The notes: generated by a model from the letters alone, not told the origin. Shown: positions 19,455-29,354, numbered from the stretch's first letter. The stretch: DNA of 64,000 bases from Planctomycetota bacterium (GCA_965248445.1 CBDFJG010000003.1:1600001-1664000); one strand, 5' to 3'. Numbers and translations are program-made.

Positions 19455-20384
19455 TCACCATTCATCTGAGAAGCGGTAGTCCTGGCCCTTCATGGTGAAG
19501 ACGGTCTTCAGGTACTCGGAGTCGGCACCCTCGGGGTGCACCTCGAACATGCCCTTCACGATGATCGGCATGTACGCGTCGTACATCGCGCCGTCGTCGT
19601 TCGTCATCTCGACTTCGACGACCTCGTTCGCCTTGGGCAGCATGCCGAAGCAACAACTCATCATGTAGCGCGAGAGATAGAACGTGCGGACGTTCCCCTT
19701 CTCGAACTTCAGCGGGATCATGTAGCCCTCGAGCTCGACGATCTGCCGGTCCATCTTCTGGACAGCCCGCGGGATGCCCTTCTTGCCCGTCGTCTCGGAC
19801 TTCTCGGCGTGCTGCGCCATCACGCTGTCTTCGGCGATCGCCATCATCCCGGAGTCGAACGAGCCGAGGTAGTCGAAGGTCGTGTACCACACGCCGTCCT
19901 TCAGCTCCGGCAGCGCGACGTCGGGGTCGGCCGGCGCGTCCTCGACGAGCGGCGGGTCGCCCCCGTCGTCCGTGTCACCGATCGCTTCGTCCCCGTCCGG
20001 CCCGTCCCCGTCCGGCCCGTCACCTTCCGGCTCGTCACCTTCCGGCTCGTCACCTTCCGGCTCGTCACCTTCCGGCTCGTCACCCTCCGGCTCGTCACCC
20101 TTCGTTTCGTCACCTGCTGCTTCCGGCGTGGTGACGTCGGGAGCGGCCATCTCCGGGCCGGTGGTGTCCGGCGCGACGGCGGGCGGTTCGGTCACGCGGC
20201 CGTGCCCCGCCCCGACGAGGGGTTCGAGTTCGGTGTTCGCGACTCCCGAGTCGACCAGACTCCCCGAATCAATCGGTGCTCCTTGCACGACCGGCGCCAC
20301 CGCCACGTCGAGGTCGTCGGCACGCTCGCACGCGGCCACGGTCAGCGCGGCGGCGAGCAGGGACAACGTGACGAGGTGCTTCAT
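19455..20384 (-). CDS. DUF3299-family lipoprotein with acidic repeat linker
   Basis: Lipobox-like VAAC; VELEGYMIPL...FYLSRYMMSCCFG...NEVVEV. Confidence 0.75.
   Translation of the reverse strand: MKHLVTLSLLAAALTVAACERADDLDVAVAPVVQGAPIDSGSLVDSGVANTELEPLVGAGHGRVTEPPAVAPDTTGPEMAAPDVTTPEAAGDETKGDEPEGDEPEGDEPEGDEPEGDEPEGDGPDGDGPDGDEAIGDTDDGGDPPLVEDAPADPDVALPELKDGVWYTTFDYLGSFDSGMMAIAEDSVMAQHAEKSETTGKKGIPRAVQKMDRQIVELEGYMIPLKFEKGNVRTFYLSRYMMSCCFGMLPKANEVVEVEMTNDDGAMYDAYMPIIVKGMFEVHPEGADSEYLKTVFTMKGQDYRFSDEW
19988..20114. repeat. 15-bp tandem repeat encoding (GDEPE/GDGPD)n
   Basis: About 8 adjacent copies of CGTCACCTTCCGGCT and variants. Confidence 0.9.
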
Positions 20385-20445
20385 CGGGGGGACTCCGGAG
20401 GGAAAACGCGGGAGCGAGCAGCTCCCAGCGGCAGAGACTACAGGG

Positions 20446-21699
20446 TCAGGACGTCGGGAGCAGGTTCGGGGCCACGTCGGTCGAATACGCCTTGAACGCA
20501 GGCAGCAGTCCCGCCGCGGCGCCGAGGAGCGTCATTCCGAGCGGAGCGGACCAGAGCGCGGGGTGCCCGGTCATGACGTCGATGACGACGCCCGTCTGTT
20601 GCCGGACGATTGCCGCGGCTACGCCGACGATGGCGACGTACACGACGTAGCCGAGGAGCGCGCCGAGGAACGCGATCGTGGCCGACTCGAGGACGATCAC
20701 ACCGAACACGGTCCTGCGCCGCGCGCCGAGCGCACGCAGGATCGCGAACTCTCGACGGCGTTCGTTCATCGTGTTGTAGAGGCTCGCGAGGATCGAGAAC
20801 GCCGCAACGACCATCACCAGGTACGCGACCAGGCGCAGGATCTCCGCCACCCAGGCAAGCTTGTTGAACAGGTCCGCCACAATCTGGTCTACCGGCCACG
20901 CGAGGGTCGCCACCTTGCCCTGACGGTTGATCTGATGCGCGAGCATCAGACCCGCGGCGGGATCGCGCAGCCGCAGCATTACGGCGCTGACCTCCTTGTG
21001 CTCGTCGGGGATCGCGTGACCGTCCTTCGGGAGGAACGACGCGCCCGTGCCGCGCAGCTCGTGGCCATCCATGCGGAACGCGCCGTCGATCGGGATGAAC
21101 AAGACGCGGTCGACCGGCGCGCCGGTCTGTTCGAGGATGCCCACGATCGTGTACTCGGTGTCGTGCGCTTTGCCCCTCGCGCCCACGTCGTGCACCGGGT
21201 GGAACGTCGCCCCGACGCGAAGACCGGTGTCGACGGCGGCGGTGTGGCCGATGACGGCTTCGCGGCGCGCCGGGTCGAACACGCGTCCGCCCTTGCGCGG
21301 AGTCAGCTTGCGATCACCGCCCGCGAGGAACACCTCGAACAGCTCCGGAGTCGTGCCGACGATCCGGAACCCGCCGAGGTTGTCCCCCACCGCGTACGGA
21401 ATCGCCGACTCGACGGCCGGGTGGTTCTGGATCTCCTGGTACATCGACCACGGGACGTTCCCCGGCGACGTCTCCAGGTGGAACACCGTGTTCAGCACGA
21501 GCTGCACCGGGCTGCCGCGCGCCCCGAGCACGGCATCGAAGCCGCCGTCACCACCGGTGAACGCGTCGCGGCTCGCCTTGCTCAGCGTGAAGACCGACAT
21601 GACGAGGCCGACCGCCAACGCGACCGAGAACACGGTCACGGCGGTGGCCAGCGAGTGCTGGCGGAGGCTCCTGCGGGCGATGAGCCAGAGGCCCTTCAC
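20446..21699 (-). CDS. ABC transporter permease (MacB/FtsX family)
   Basis: GARGSPVQLVLNTVFH, ERRREFAILRALGA; four TM segments. Confidence 0.9.
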   Translation of the reverse strand: MKGLWLIARRSLRQHSLATAVTVFSVALAVGLVMSVFTLSKASRDAFTGGDGGFDAVLGARGSPVQLVLNTVFHLETSPGNVPWSMYQEIQNHPAVESAIPYAVGDNLGGFRIVGTTPELFEVFLAGGDRKLTPRKGGRVFDPARREAVIGHTAAVDTGLRVGATFHPVHDVGARGKAHDTEYTIVGILEQTGAPVDRVLFIPIDGAFRMDGHELRGTGASFLPKDGHAIPDEHKEVSAVMLRLRDPAAGLMLAHQINRQGKVATLAWPVDQIVADLFNKLAWVAEILRLVAYLVMVVAAFSILASLYNTMNERRREFAILRALGARRRTVFGVIVLESATIAFLGALLGYVVYVAIVGVAAAIVRQQTGVVIDVMTGHPALWSAPLGMTLLGAAAGLLPAFKAYSTDVAPNLLPTS

Positions 21700-22388
21700 G
21701 TCGCGGCTCCGTCGGATGCGCGGTTGATCTCGTCGAGCGAGAGCACCTGCTCGAAGCTGCCGAGTACGGCCTCGTCGTGACTCACCAGGAACAGCGCGGC
21801 GTCGTGCTCACGGCACGCGCTCCGGATCGCGTCGAGAGCGGTGCGCGCGTTGCGCGCGTCCAGATTGCCCGTCGGCTCGTCGGCCAGGACGAGCTTCGGT
21901 TTGTTGGCGAGCGCCCGCGAGAGCGCCACCCTCTGCTGCTGGCCGACGGAGAGCTGCGCCGGCTTGTGGTCGAGGCGGTCCGCCATCCCGAGGTCGGTCA
22001 GGAGCGAGCGGGCGTACGCCTCGTCGGGTCCGGGGCCGAACATCATCCCGAGCAGCACGTTCTCGAGGGCGGTGAAGCCCTGCAACAGGTTGAAGGTCTG
22101 GAAGACGTAGCCGAGGTGCGTCGCGCGGAAGGCGTCTCGCGCCGACTCGCTCAGCTTCGCGACATCGGTGCCGAGCACGCTCACCTCGCCGGCATCCGGC
22201 CGGAGCAGCCCCGAAATCACGTTCAGCAGCGTGGTCTTGCCGCTGCCGCTGCGCCCGCGGATCGCGATCTCCTTCGGCGCGGGGACGACGAGCTCCGCGA
22301 CGTCGAGCACGACCTGGGTCGTGCCGTCCGGCGCACGGTACGACTTGCGCACGCCGCGCAGGTGAAGCAGAGGTCCGCCGTCCGGCAT
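21696..22388 (-). CDS. ABC transporter ATP-binding protein (LolD-like)
   Basis: GRSGSGKTT, LSVGQQQRV, LADEPTGNLD. Confidence 0.95.
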   Translation of the reverse strand: MPDGGPLLHLRGVRKSYRAPDGTTQVVLDVAELVVPAPKEIAIRGRSGSGKTTLLNVISGLLRPDAGEVSVLGTDVAKLSESARDAFRATHLGYVFQTFNLLQGFTALENVLLGMMFGPGPDEAYARSLLTDLGMADRLDHKPAQLSVGQQQRVALSRALANKPKLVLADEPTGNLDARNARTALDAIRSACREHDAALFLVSHDEAVLGSFEQVLSLDEINRASDGAAT

Positions 22389-22551
22389 CGCGGGACGATA
22401 CCGGATCGGGCGAGCGCGCGATCAGGAGATGAGGCCGAGATCCGTGTACGTGTGTCCGGTGAACACGCGCGCCGGATCGTCGCTCAACCAGTGGTCCACG
22501 ACCCTGCCGAGTACCTCTCGATCGTCGACCTGAAGACAACCGGTCAGGCGA

Positions 22552-23538
22552 CTACGAGGAGACGCGAATGGCGATCTTGCCGGTCGTGTGCCCGGCCTCG
22601 AGCGCGCGGTGTGCCTCGGGCACCTCGGCCAGCGGGAAGGTGCGGCTGACCACGGGCCGGATCGAGCCGGCCTCCACGAGTTCTCCCACGCGCCCCAGCA
22701 GGTCGCCCTGCGCCTCCATCCGCTGTCCGTGCATCGACGGGGCGCCCATGAACTCGTGGATCAGCGTGGCGTTCTTGACGAACAGCTTGGCCGAGACGTT
22801 GGGACTCTCGTTCGCCACGATCGTCACCACGCGGCCGTTCACGGCGACGCAATCGAGAGAACTCTCGAACACCGCTCCGCCCACGGTATCGAACACGAGC
22901 GGACAGCCGGCGCCGCCGGTGAGTTCGAGGACCCGCGCCGTGACGTCCTCTGCCCGGTGGTCGATGACGTGCTCGGCGCCGAGGTCCTTGCACAGCTTCT
23001 TGGACTCCTCGCGGCTGGCCGTGGCGATGACGTTGGCGTACCGGAGCCGCGCGAGCTGGATCCCGATGTGCCCCACCCCACCCGCTCCGGCGTGCACGAG
23101 AACCCACTCACCGGTGCCGACCTCGGCGCGATCGTAGAGGGCCTCCCAGGCAGTGATGGCCACCAGCGGCAGCGCGGCCGCGTGCTCGTGGTCGAGCGAG
23201 GGCGGCTTGAGCGCGGCGCGACGGTGGTCAACGAGGACCAGCTCCGCGTTGCTGCCGTCGCGAAACAGGCTGGGCGACGCGATGACCTCGTCACCGGCCG
23301 CGAACCCGGAGACATCGGAGCCGGCTCGCGCCACCACGCCGCTGACATCGAATCCGAGGACGTAGGGCGCCGGGCGCTCACCGAGATAGCCCGCGCGGAT
23401 CTTCGTGTCCACCGGGTTCAAGGCCGCGGCGCGCACGCGCACGAGCAGATCGTTCGGCCCGGGCGAGGGCTCAGGATGGTCGTCCCGCAGTTCGAGGACC
23501 TCGGGACCGCCGTGGCCGGTTGCAACGAGGACGCGCAT
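22552..23538 (-). CDS. MDR-family NADPH:quinone oxidoreductase-like protein
   Basis: AALNPVDTK, AAALPLVAITAWEAL, AGAGGVG, GHTTGKI; start reset to ATG 23538. Confidence 0.92.
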   Translation of the reverse strand: MRVLVATGHGGPEVLELRDDHPEPSPGPNDLLVRVRAAALNPVDTKIRAGYLGERPAPYVLGFDVSGVVARAGSDVSGFAAGDEVIASPSLFRDGSNAELVLVDHRRAALKPPSLDHEHAAALPLVAITAWEALYDRAEVGTGEWVLVHAGAGGVGHIGIQLARLRYANVIATASREESKKLCKDLGAEHVIDHRAEDVTARVLELTGGAGCPLVFDTVGGAVFESSLDCVAVNGRVVTIVANESPNVSAKLFVKNATLIHEFMGAPSMHGQRMEAQGDLLGRVGELVEAGSIRPVVSRTFPLAEVPEAHRALEAGHTTGKIAIRVSS

Positions 23539-23606
23539 CGCGTCCGTTCTACCGCAGGGCAATCCCGCCGTCGATCTGTCCCCACCGCTTGCGAAGCTGG
23601 GCGGCT

Positions 23607-24443
23607 GTGAGAGAAGAGCAGCGGCAGATTCGCGTCACGAAGGTCCCGTTCTGGTTCCACTCCATCGACATGGGCGACGGACTCGTCAGTCCCGGGGTGA
23701 AGCCCCAGGAGCAGCTGAAGCGCGAGTGGGAATCCATGGAACTCCCCGCTCTCAGCGGCAAGTCCGTGCTCGATATCAACTCCTGGGACGGGTTCTTCGC
23801 GTTCGAAGCGGAAGAGCGCGGAGCGACCAAGGTGACCGCGCTGGACCGGTTCATGTGGACGATGCACTTGGACCAGCACATGGAGTACTGGCAGCGCTGC
23901 AAGGAAGAGGGGCGCGCGCCCGAGCCATACGAGACGCGCCCGTACTACGACCCGGAGAGCCTGCCAGGCAAGATCGGCTTCGACACGGCACACGCCCTGC
24001 GCGAGAGCGGCGCCGCGTCCGTCGTCGGCGACTTCATGGACATGGACCTCGCGGAGGTCGGCGAACACGACGTCGTGTTCTTCCTCGGGTCGCTCTACCA
24101 CATGGAGGATCCGCTCCGGTCCCTGCGACGGGTGGCGAGCGTGACGAGCGAGCTGGCGATCATCGAGACCGAGGCCGCCGAGTTCCCCGGGCACCATGAC
24201 CGAGCGGTTTGCGAGTTCTTCCCCGGCAGTGAGCTGAACGGCGACCCGTCGAACTGGTGGGCGCCCAACGCGAAGGCGCTGACGGGGATGTGCCGGGCCG
24301 CCGGCTTCACGCGGGTGGAACTCGTCTCCGGGCCTCCCGGCTGGTCCCGCTCGGGCCTGATGACGCGCGCGAAGAACCTGCAGAAGACGGGGCAGGCGTC
24401 CGCCGTGTCGCGCTACCGCGCGACGGTCCAGGCCTGGAAGTAG
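23607..24443 (+). CDS. Class I SAM-dependent methyltransferase (CmoB/DUF1698-like)
   Basis: WFHSIDMG, GKSVLDINSWDGFFAFEAE, FLGSLYHM, NWWAPN. Confidence 0.85.
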   Translation: MREEQRQIRVTKVPFWFHSIDMGDGLVSPGVKPQEQLKREWESMELPALSGKSVLDINSWDGFFAFEAEERGATKVTALDRFMWTMHLDQHMEYWQRCKEEGRAPEPYETRPYYDPESLPGKIGFDTAHALRESGAASVVGDFMDMDLAEVGEHDVVFFLGSLYHMEDPLRSLRRVASVTSELAIIETEAAEFPGHHDRAVCEFFPGSELNGDPSNWWAPNAKALTGMCRAAGFTRVELVSGPPGWSRSGLMTRAKNLQKTGQASAVSRYRATVQAWK

Positions 24444-24464
24444 GCGGCCGGCCGACGACGCGAC

Positions 24465-24713
24465 CTACGGCGTGAGCGGCGGTCCCGGCGGCGCGTCGTA
24501 GCAGGTGCGACCGGGTCCGTCGCAGTCGCCGGGACACGCGCTCGAGCCGTCCGGTCCGAGCGCTTCGGTCGTGCGGCCGCACCACCAGATGGCCGTGTCG
24601 TACGGGTTCTCCTGCTCGTCGTCGTCGGGCAGCGGCTGCACCATCTCCTTGGTGCAGAGATGCACGCAGCGCGTGCGCAGGATCTTCTGAAGCCGCCGGC
24701 GGTACGTGCTCAC
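24465..24713 (-). CDS. 82-aa six-Cys hypothetical protein coupled to the molybdoenzyme operon
   Basis: GTG 24713 overlaps the FAD-subunit stop; RCVHLCTK...WWCGRTTEALGPDGSSACPGDCDGPGRTCYD. Confidence 0.7.
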   Translation of the reverse strand: MSTYRRRLQKILRTRCVHLCTKEMVQPLPDDDEQENPYDTAIWWCGRTTEALGPDGSSACPGDCDGPGRTCYDAPPGPPLTP

Positions 24714-25720
24714 TCCGCCCTCCCCGCCGCGCTCAGCAGCGCCCGACGCACCGCGACCTTCACGAGGTGGACCTTGTACTTGGTGCCATCGAGCGGCTTC
24801 GCTCCGCTGGCCGCGGCCTCGCTCGCCTTCGTGATGACACCGTCGGTCAGCTGCTTGTTCAGGATCGCCGCCTCGGCCGCCGCCGCGCGATACGGGGTCG
24901 GCGCAACCGAGCCGAGCCAGACCGAGACCTTCTCGGCCACCCTCTTGCCGAATACCTCTCCGTTCCAGCTGACCTTCACGGCCGCGGAGACGAGCGCCCA
25001 GTCGAACGCGGCCTTCTGCCTCACCTCTTCGTAGGCGGCCGCGTCGGAACCGGTGAGAACCGGCAGCGAGAGGGCCGTGACGATGTCGCCGGGTTCGAGG
25101 GACGCATCCGAGTGGCGACCCTTCCGCGGCGGGACGTACAGCTCCCCGAACGGCAGGTCGTCCGTGGCGGCATTGGCCCGGCGCACGTGCACGGTTGCTC
25201 CCAATGCACCGAACACGGGCGGGAGGCTGGCGGGGTGCGCCGATGCGCACTGCGAGTTGCCGAAGATCCCCGCCGTCTCCTGAACTGCGCCGTCCGCGAG
25301 CACGGGGCAAGCGTCGTCCCCGCGCCGCCAGCAGGGGAACGAGCGGATGCGGAAGTACCCGCACCGGGTGCGTTGCAGCAGATTGCCCGCCACGGTCGCC
25401 CGGTTGCGGATCTGGAGACTCGCTGCCATCCCGGCCGCCTGTGCGAGCGGCGCCGCGTGCGCGCGGACCAGGTCGGACGCCGCGACGTCCGACAGCGTCG
25501 CGAGTGCCCCGATCCGCAGCGTCGCCCCGTCCTTCGTGATCGCGCGGAGCGCGGGATCGCCGAGCGACAGCAGCGCCACGACGCGATCGGGTTCGTCAAC
25601 GCGCTCCTTCATGCGGTCTAGGACGTCGATGCCGCCGGCCTTCATGAGCGCATCGGCGCTCGCGCCGTGCTTCGCGGCCCCGGCGACGTCGTTCGGGCGG
25701 ACGTAGCGGAACGCCTTCAT
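24710..25720 (-). CDS. Xanthine dehydrogenase family FAD-binding subunit (PaoB/YagS-like, with Cys-rich insertion)
   Basis: AGGIDVLD, IRNRATVAGNLLQRTRCGYFR...C...C...CASAHP. Confidence 0.9.
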   Translation of the reverse strand: MKAFRYVRPNDVAGAAKHGASADALMKAGGIDVLDRMKERVDEPDRVVALLSLGDPALRAITKDGATLRIGALATLSDVAASDLVRAHAAPLAQAAGMAASLQIRNRATVAGNLLQRTRCGYFRIRSFPCWRRGDDACPVLADGAVQETAGIFGNSQCASAHPASLPPVFGALGATVHVRRANAATDDLPFGELYVPPRKGRHSDASLEPGDIVTALSLPVLTGSDAAAYEEVRQKAAFDWALVSAAVKVSWNGEVFGKRVAEKVSVWLGSVAPTPYRAAAAEAAILNKQLTDGVITKASEAAASGAKPLDGTKYKVHLVKVAVRRALLSAAGRAE

Positions 25721-27945
25721 CAGATTCGGCCCAGCGCTGTGAGGACACGGGCGGGCGTGATCGGCAACTCGTGCACGCGCACGCCGAGCGCGTGGAAGAC
25801 CGCGTTGCCGATGGCGCCGGCAGTCGGGACGGTCACCGGCTCACCGAGGCCCATCATGCCCGTGTTGTTGAACCCACTGTCGATCGACGTCAGGACGACG
25901 TCGATCTGCGGGCAGTCGGAGACGCCGAGGATCTTGTAGGTGTCGAAGGTCGGATTGACCATGTCCCCCAGGTTGCGGTCCATGCGCCGGTCCTCGTGCA
26001 GCGCGTACGAGATACCCTGGATGACGCCGCCGATGACCTGGCTGCGCGACGTCAACCGGTCGATGATCCGGCCGGCGTCGTGCACGGCCACGACGCGCTC
26101 GACCCGGACGATCCCCGTGTCGGTGTCGACCGCCACGTCCGCGAACTGACAACCGGCGGTGTCACCGTGGAAGCCGTCGTAGTTGCGGCGCCGCTCGCCG
26201 CGCACGGTCAGGCCGTCCGGACCGATCAGGCCGCAGGCCTCCTTGAACGTCGCCTTCTTGCCACCGGGCCCGTTGAACACGCCGTTGTCGTGCTTGACCT
26301 TGTCGACGTCCGTCTTCCATTCCTCGGCCAGCAGGGCACCCAGCGACTCGTGTCCACGAGCCGCCGCCTCGCGGGCCGCCGGACCGATCGAGGGCGCCGT
26401 GGTGCTGCCGCCGCTCCCCGGCCCCGCCGGGTACGACGTGTCGCCGATGCGGACGGTGATGTCGCTCGGCGCGAGACCGAGTTCCTCCGCCACGATGATC
26501 GCGAGCACGGTGCGGGTGCCGGTGCCGATGTCCTGCACGGCGTTCTTGACCGTCACGCTTCCGTCGCGAGAGAGCTCGAGCTCGACGACCCAACTTCCCC
26601 GCCCGCGGCTCTGCCACACCCCCGCGGCGCAACCGACGCCGCGCTTGACTGCGCCCTTCGACGCGCCCGGAGCGACCTTGCGGCGCTTCTCCCAGTCGAT
26701 CCGCTCGGCGCCGATCCGCCACTGCACCTGTCGCAACGGATGCGGGTCGTTCCGGAGGCGAAACGCGAGCGGATCCTCGCCGCGGGCGTGCGCGAGCATG
26801 TCGATGATGCCCTCGAGCGCGAAGAAGCCCTGCGGGTGACCGGGCGCGCGGAAAGCGCGACCGCGACCGGTGAACGTCGAGACTGCCGTGTGCTGCGCCA
26901 GGAGGTTCGGGATGGAGTAGACGCGCGTGTTGGTTGCGCTACCGCCGCGCGATCCGTTGCCCGGGGTGCCGTGGGTTTCGGACGTCATGACGGTGATCTT
27001 CCCGCCCTTGTCCGCGCCCATCGTGAGCTTCTGGATCGAGTCCGGTCGGTTGCCGGCGATCAGGTGCTCGGAGCGCCGGTCGAGCATGCCGTTGACGGGC
27101 CGCTTCAGCTTCACGGCGAAGTGTGCGGCAGCGCGGTCCCATGCGTCGATCCCACCCAGCTTCGCGCCGAAGCCGCCGCCGACGTGCTCGGCGATCAGGC
27201 GCACCTTGCCCGGCGGCACGCCCAGCGCCTTCGCGATCGATCCGCGGAACGAACCGGTGCCCTGCGTAGACGCGTACACCGTGAATCCGTCGCCGCTCGG
27301 CTCGACCACGCAGCCGTGCGACTCGAGCGCCGAGTGGGTCTGCACCTGCGTGCGGAACACTGCAGAGACTCGCTTATCGGCCTTCGCGAGCGCGTCCTCC
27401 GGGTCGCCGCGGCGGACCGGTCCGCCCCGGCGGCCCTTCGACTCAACGGCGTTGTCTCGCTTAGCGTCGACGCGAGGCGCGCCCGGTGCCATCGCGTCGT
27501 CGGTCGTGACAGCGCACGGCAGGATGTCGTACTCGATGTCGACAGCCGCGAGTCCGTCGGAGAGCGCCTCGGGATTCTCGGCGCAGACTGCGACCACGCC
27601 CTTGCCGGCGAACTTGACGATGCCGCCGCTATCGACGAGCACCTGCGTCGCAAGAACGCCCGGCACACCATCCGCGGCGGCGGTGCTGACGCGCTTGACG
27701 CGCGCGTGTGCGTGCGGGCTGCGCAACAGCGCCGAGTACGCCATGTTGGGCAGCAGCATGTCGGCGCTGTAACGCGCGGCGCCCGTGGTCTTCTGCGGAG
27801 CTTCGAGACGCGGCACGTCGGTTCCGACACACCGCAGGTCGGCGCCGGAACCCCACGGCGCGATGTCGAGATCGTGGATCTCGACAGTCACCTCACGCTC
27901 CGGGCCGTCCGGGCGGCCGAGCATCACCTTGACGCGGCGCGGCAT
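25720..27945 (-). CDS. Xanthine dehydrogenase family molybdopterin-binding subunit (PaoC/YagR-like)
   Basis: HSALESH, VGGGFGAK, FRAPG, QDIGTG, GSGGS, GLGEP (catalytic Glu). Confidence 0.93.
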   Translation of the reverse strand: MPRRVKVMLGRPDGPEREVTVEIHDLDIAPWGSGADLRCVGTDVPRLEAPQKTTGAARYSADMLLPNMAYSALLRSPHAHARVKRVSTAAADGVPGVLATQVLVDSGGIVKFAGKGVVAVCAENPEALSDGLAAVDIEYDILPCAVTTDDAMAPGAPRVDAKRDNAVESKGRRGGPVRRGDPEDALAKADKRVSAVFRTQVQTHSALESHGCVVEPSGDGFTVYASTQGTGSFRGSIAKALGVPPGKVRLIAEHVGGGFGAKLGGIDAWDRAAAHFAVKLKRPVNGMLDRRSEHLIAGNRPDSIQKLTMGADKGGKITVMTSETHGTPGNGSRGGSATNTRVYSIPNLLAQHTAVSTFTGRGRAFRAPGHPQGFFALEGIIDMLAHARGEDPLAFRLRNDPHPLRQVQWRIGAERIDWEKRRKVAPGASKGAVKRGVGCAAGVWQSRGRGSWVVELELSRDGSVTVKNAVQDIGTGTRTVLAIIVAEELGLAPSDITVRIGDTSYPAGPGSGGSTTAPSIGPAAREAAARGHESLGALLAEEWKTDVDKVKHDNGVFNGPGGKKATFKEACGLIGPDGLTVRGERRRNYDGFHGDTAGCQFADVAVDTDTGIVRVERVVAVHDAGRIIDRLTSRSQVIGGVIQGISYALHEDRRMDRNLGDMVNPTFDTYKILGVSDCPQIDVVLTSIDSGFNNTGMMGLGEPVTVPTAGAIGNAVFHALGVRVHELPITPARVLTALGRI

Positions 27946-27946
27946 G

Positions 27947-28597
27947 TCAGCGTACCTCCCCGCCGGACGTCTCGCGCACGCCTGCCGCGGCGAAGGCCGC
28001 CGCGACGACGTGCGGGTACGTGCCGCAGCGGCAGAGGTTGCCAGAGATCATCGGGAGGAGGCGGTCGCGCGTGAGCGACTTGCCGTGGACCTCGACCGCA
28101 TGCGCGACCGACATCACGAAGCCCGGGGTGCAGAACCCGCACTGGAGCGCGTCGTATTGCCGGAATGCGTCCTGCACGGGGTGCAACGCGTCCGCCGTGC
28201 CGAGCCCCTCCACGGTCGTGATCTCGGCCCCCTCGGCCTCGATCGCGAGCAGCGTGCACGCGTAGACGGGGCAGCCGTCCAGCCAGACCGTGCACGCGCC
28301 GCACGTACCCCGGTCGCAGACCTTCTTCGCGCCGGTCAGCTGGACGTCGCCACGGAGTGCGTCGAGGAGCGTCCGGCGTGGCGGCACGCGGATCGTCCTG
28401 TCCTTGCCGTTGACGCGCAGGGCGACCGGCACGTCACCGGGGCCGACGACCTCGCCACCGCCGCCGGCATCCTGGCCGAGGGCCTCGCCCGCACCGAAGG
28501 CCGCACCCGCCGCAGCGGCAGTGCCGGCGGACTGCAGGAGCTGACGCCGCGTGATCCCGCGCGGCTCGTCGCTCTCCGGCCCTCGTCGCTTGCCCAT
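27947..28597 (-). CDS. [2Fe-2S] subunit with twin-arginine signal (PaoA/YagT-like)
   Basis: ITRRQLL Tat motif; CDRGTCGAC, QCGFCTPG, CRCG; start reset to ATG 28597 after a GAGGAGG RBS. Confidence 0.92.
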   Translation of the reverse strand: MGKRRGPESDEPRGITRRQLLQSAGTAAAAGAAFGAGEALGQDAGGGGEVVGPGDVPVALRVNGKDRTIRVPPRRTLLDALRGDVQLTGAKKVCDRGTCGACTVWLDGCPVYACTLLAIEAEGAEITTVEGLGTADALHPVQDAFRQYDALQCGFCTPGFVMSVAHAVEVHGKSLTRDRLLPMISGNLCRCGTYPHVVAAAFAAAGVRETSGGEVR

Positions 28598-28699
28598 CCG
28601 GGCCCTCCTCGTGCGGCCCGAGTGTACGACCCGGCGCCCGCGCGCCACGCTGGTCAAACTCTCTCTACGGTGCGCCCGGGAGGCGGCTATGCTCCCTGT

Positions 28700-28890
28700 C
28701 CCCTCAGGAGGAACCACGGTTCCTCCACGAGGACGGTTCCCCGGACTGGGGTGTCTGCAGAGATCGGGCACGCGCGTTGCGCCGTGCTGGGCCAGGGTGC
28801 AGGCTTCCCCGTTCGGGGAAGGGATGAGTCAGAGGTAAGGGGACACCGCGCGAAGCGCATGACGGGTCCCGGTTGGCTACGGCCGAGGAG
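28700..28890 (+). ncRNA. Candidate structured RNA or leader of unknown family
   Basis: TATGCT -10-like box at 28688-93; hairpins at 28707-26, 28804-21 and 28848-58; long-range GGTGTC/GACACC pairing (28750-55/28842-47). No match recognised to tRNA, tmRNA, SRP, RNase P or common riboswitches. Confidence 0.3.
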
Positions 28891-29162
28891 TGAATGACAT
28901 GGGTTACAAGATCGACGAAAAGTAGCTCGTGGGGAGGCTCTGGGGGTAGCGGAAACGGCGTATCTGCCGTAACCGCAAGAGCTTCGGCGAGTCGAGCAGC
29001 CTTCGTCCCGGGGTCCGCCCACGCGCGACACGTCGCGTGTAGTCGAGCCTGGCCAACTGTGCTCGGCCTCATCGGTGGACCCATAGTCCGCCCCCCGACT
29101 TTGGGCGAGGCGGCGGAGGCGGACGAGCGCCGCGTCGATGAAGCCCTGCGGGAGATTCTCCC

Positions 29163-29354
29163 GTGAAGCGCCACATCCCCAGAGGCGTGGCCACCCGCGT
29201 CATGCTCTGCGGCCTGACCCGCCACGAGGTCAACGACCGGGTCTTCATGCCGCGGGACCTGCCGATGGACCTCGACCTGCTCGGGGACTCTCTGCGCCTC
29301 CTGTGCAGATCGGCCTGGCGCGGCGCCCCGGCGGCACTCGAGGAAGCGGCGTGA
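29163..29354 (+). CDS. Phage-like hypothetical protein
   Basis: GTGA-coupled at both ends; GGAG upstream. Confidence 0.55.
   Translation: MKRHIPRGVATRVMLCGLTRHEVNDRVFMPRDLPMDLDLLGDSLRLLCRSAWRGAPAALEEAA

Noticed and set aside
19988..20114. Short repeats as a CRISPR array
   Set aside because: Contiguous 15-bp in-frame coding repeats with no spacers and no cas genes.
28700..29100. tRNA, tRNA-Sec, tmRNA, 6S RNA or cobalamin/c-di-AMP/Moco riboswitch
   Set aside because: No T-loop with CCA end, tag peptide, 6S central bubble or complete riboswitch consensus could be matched by eye.
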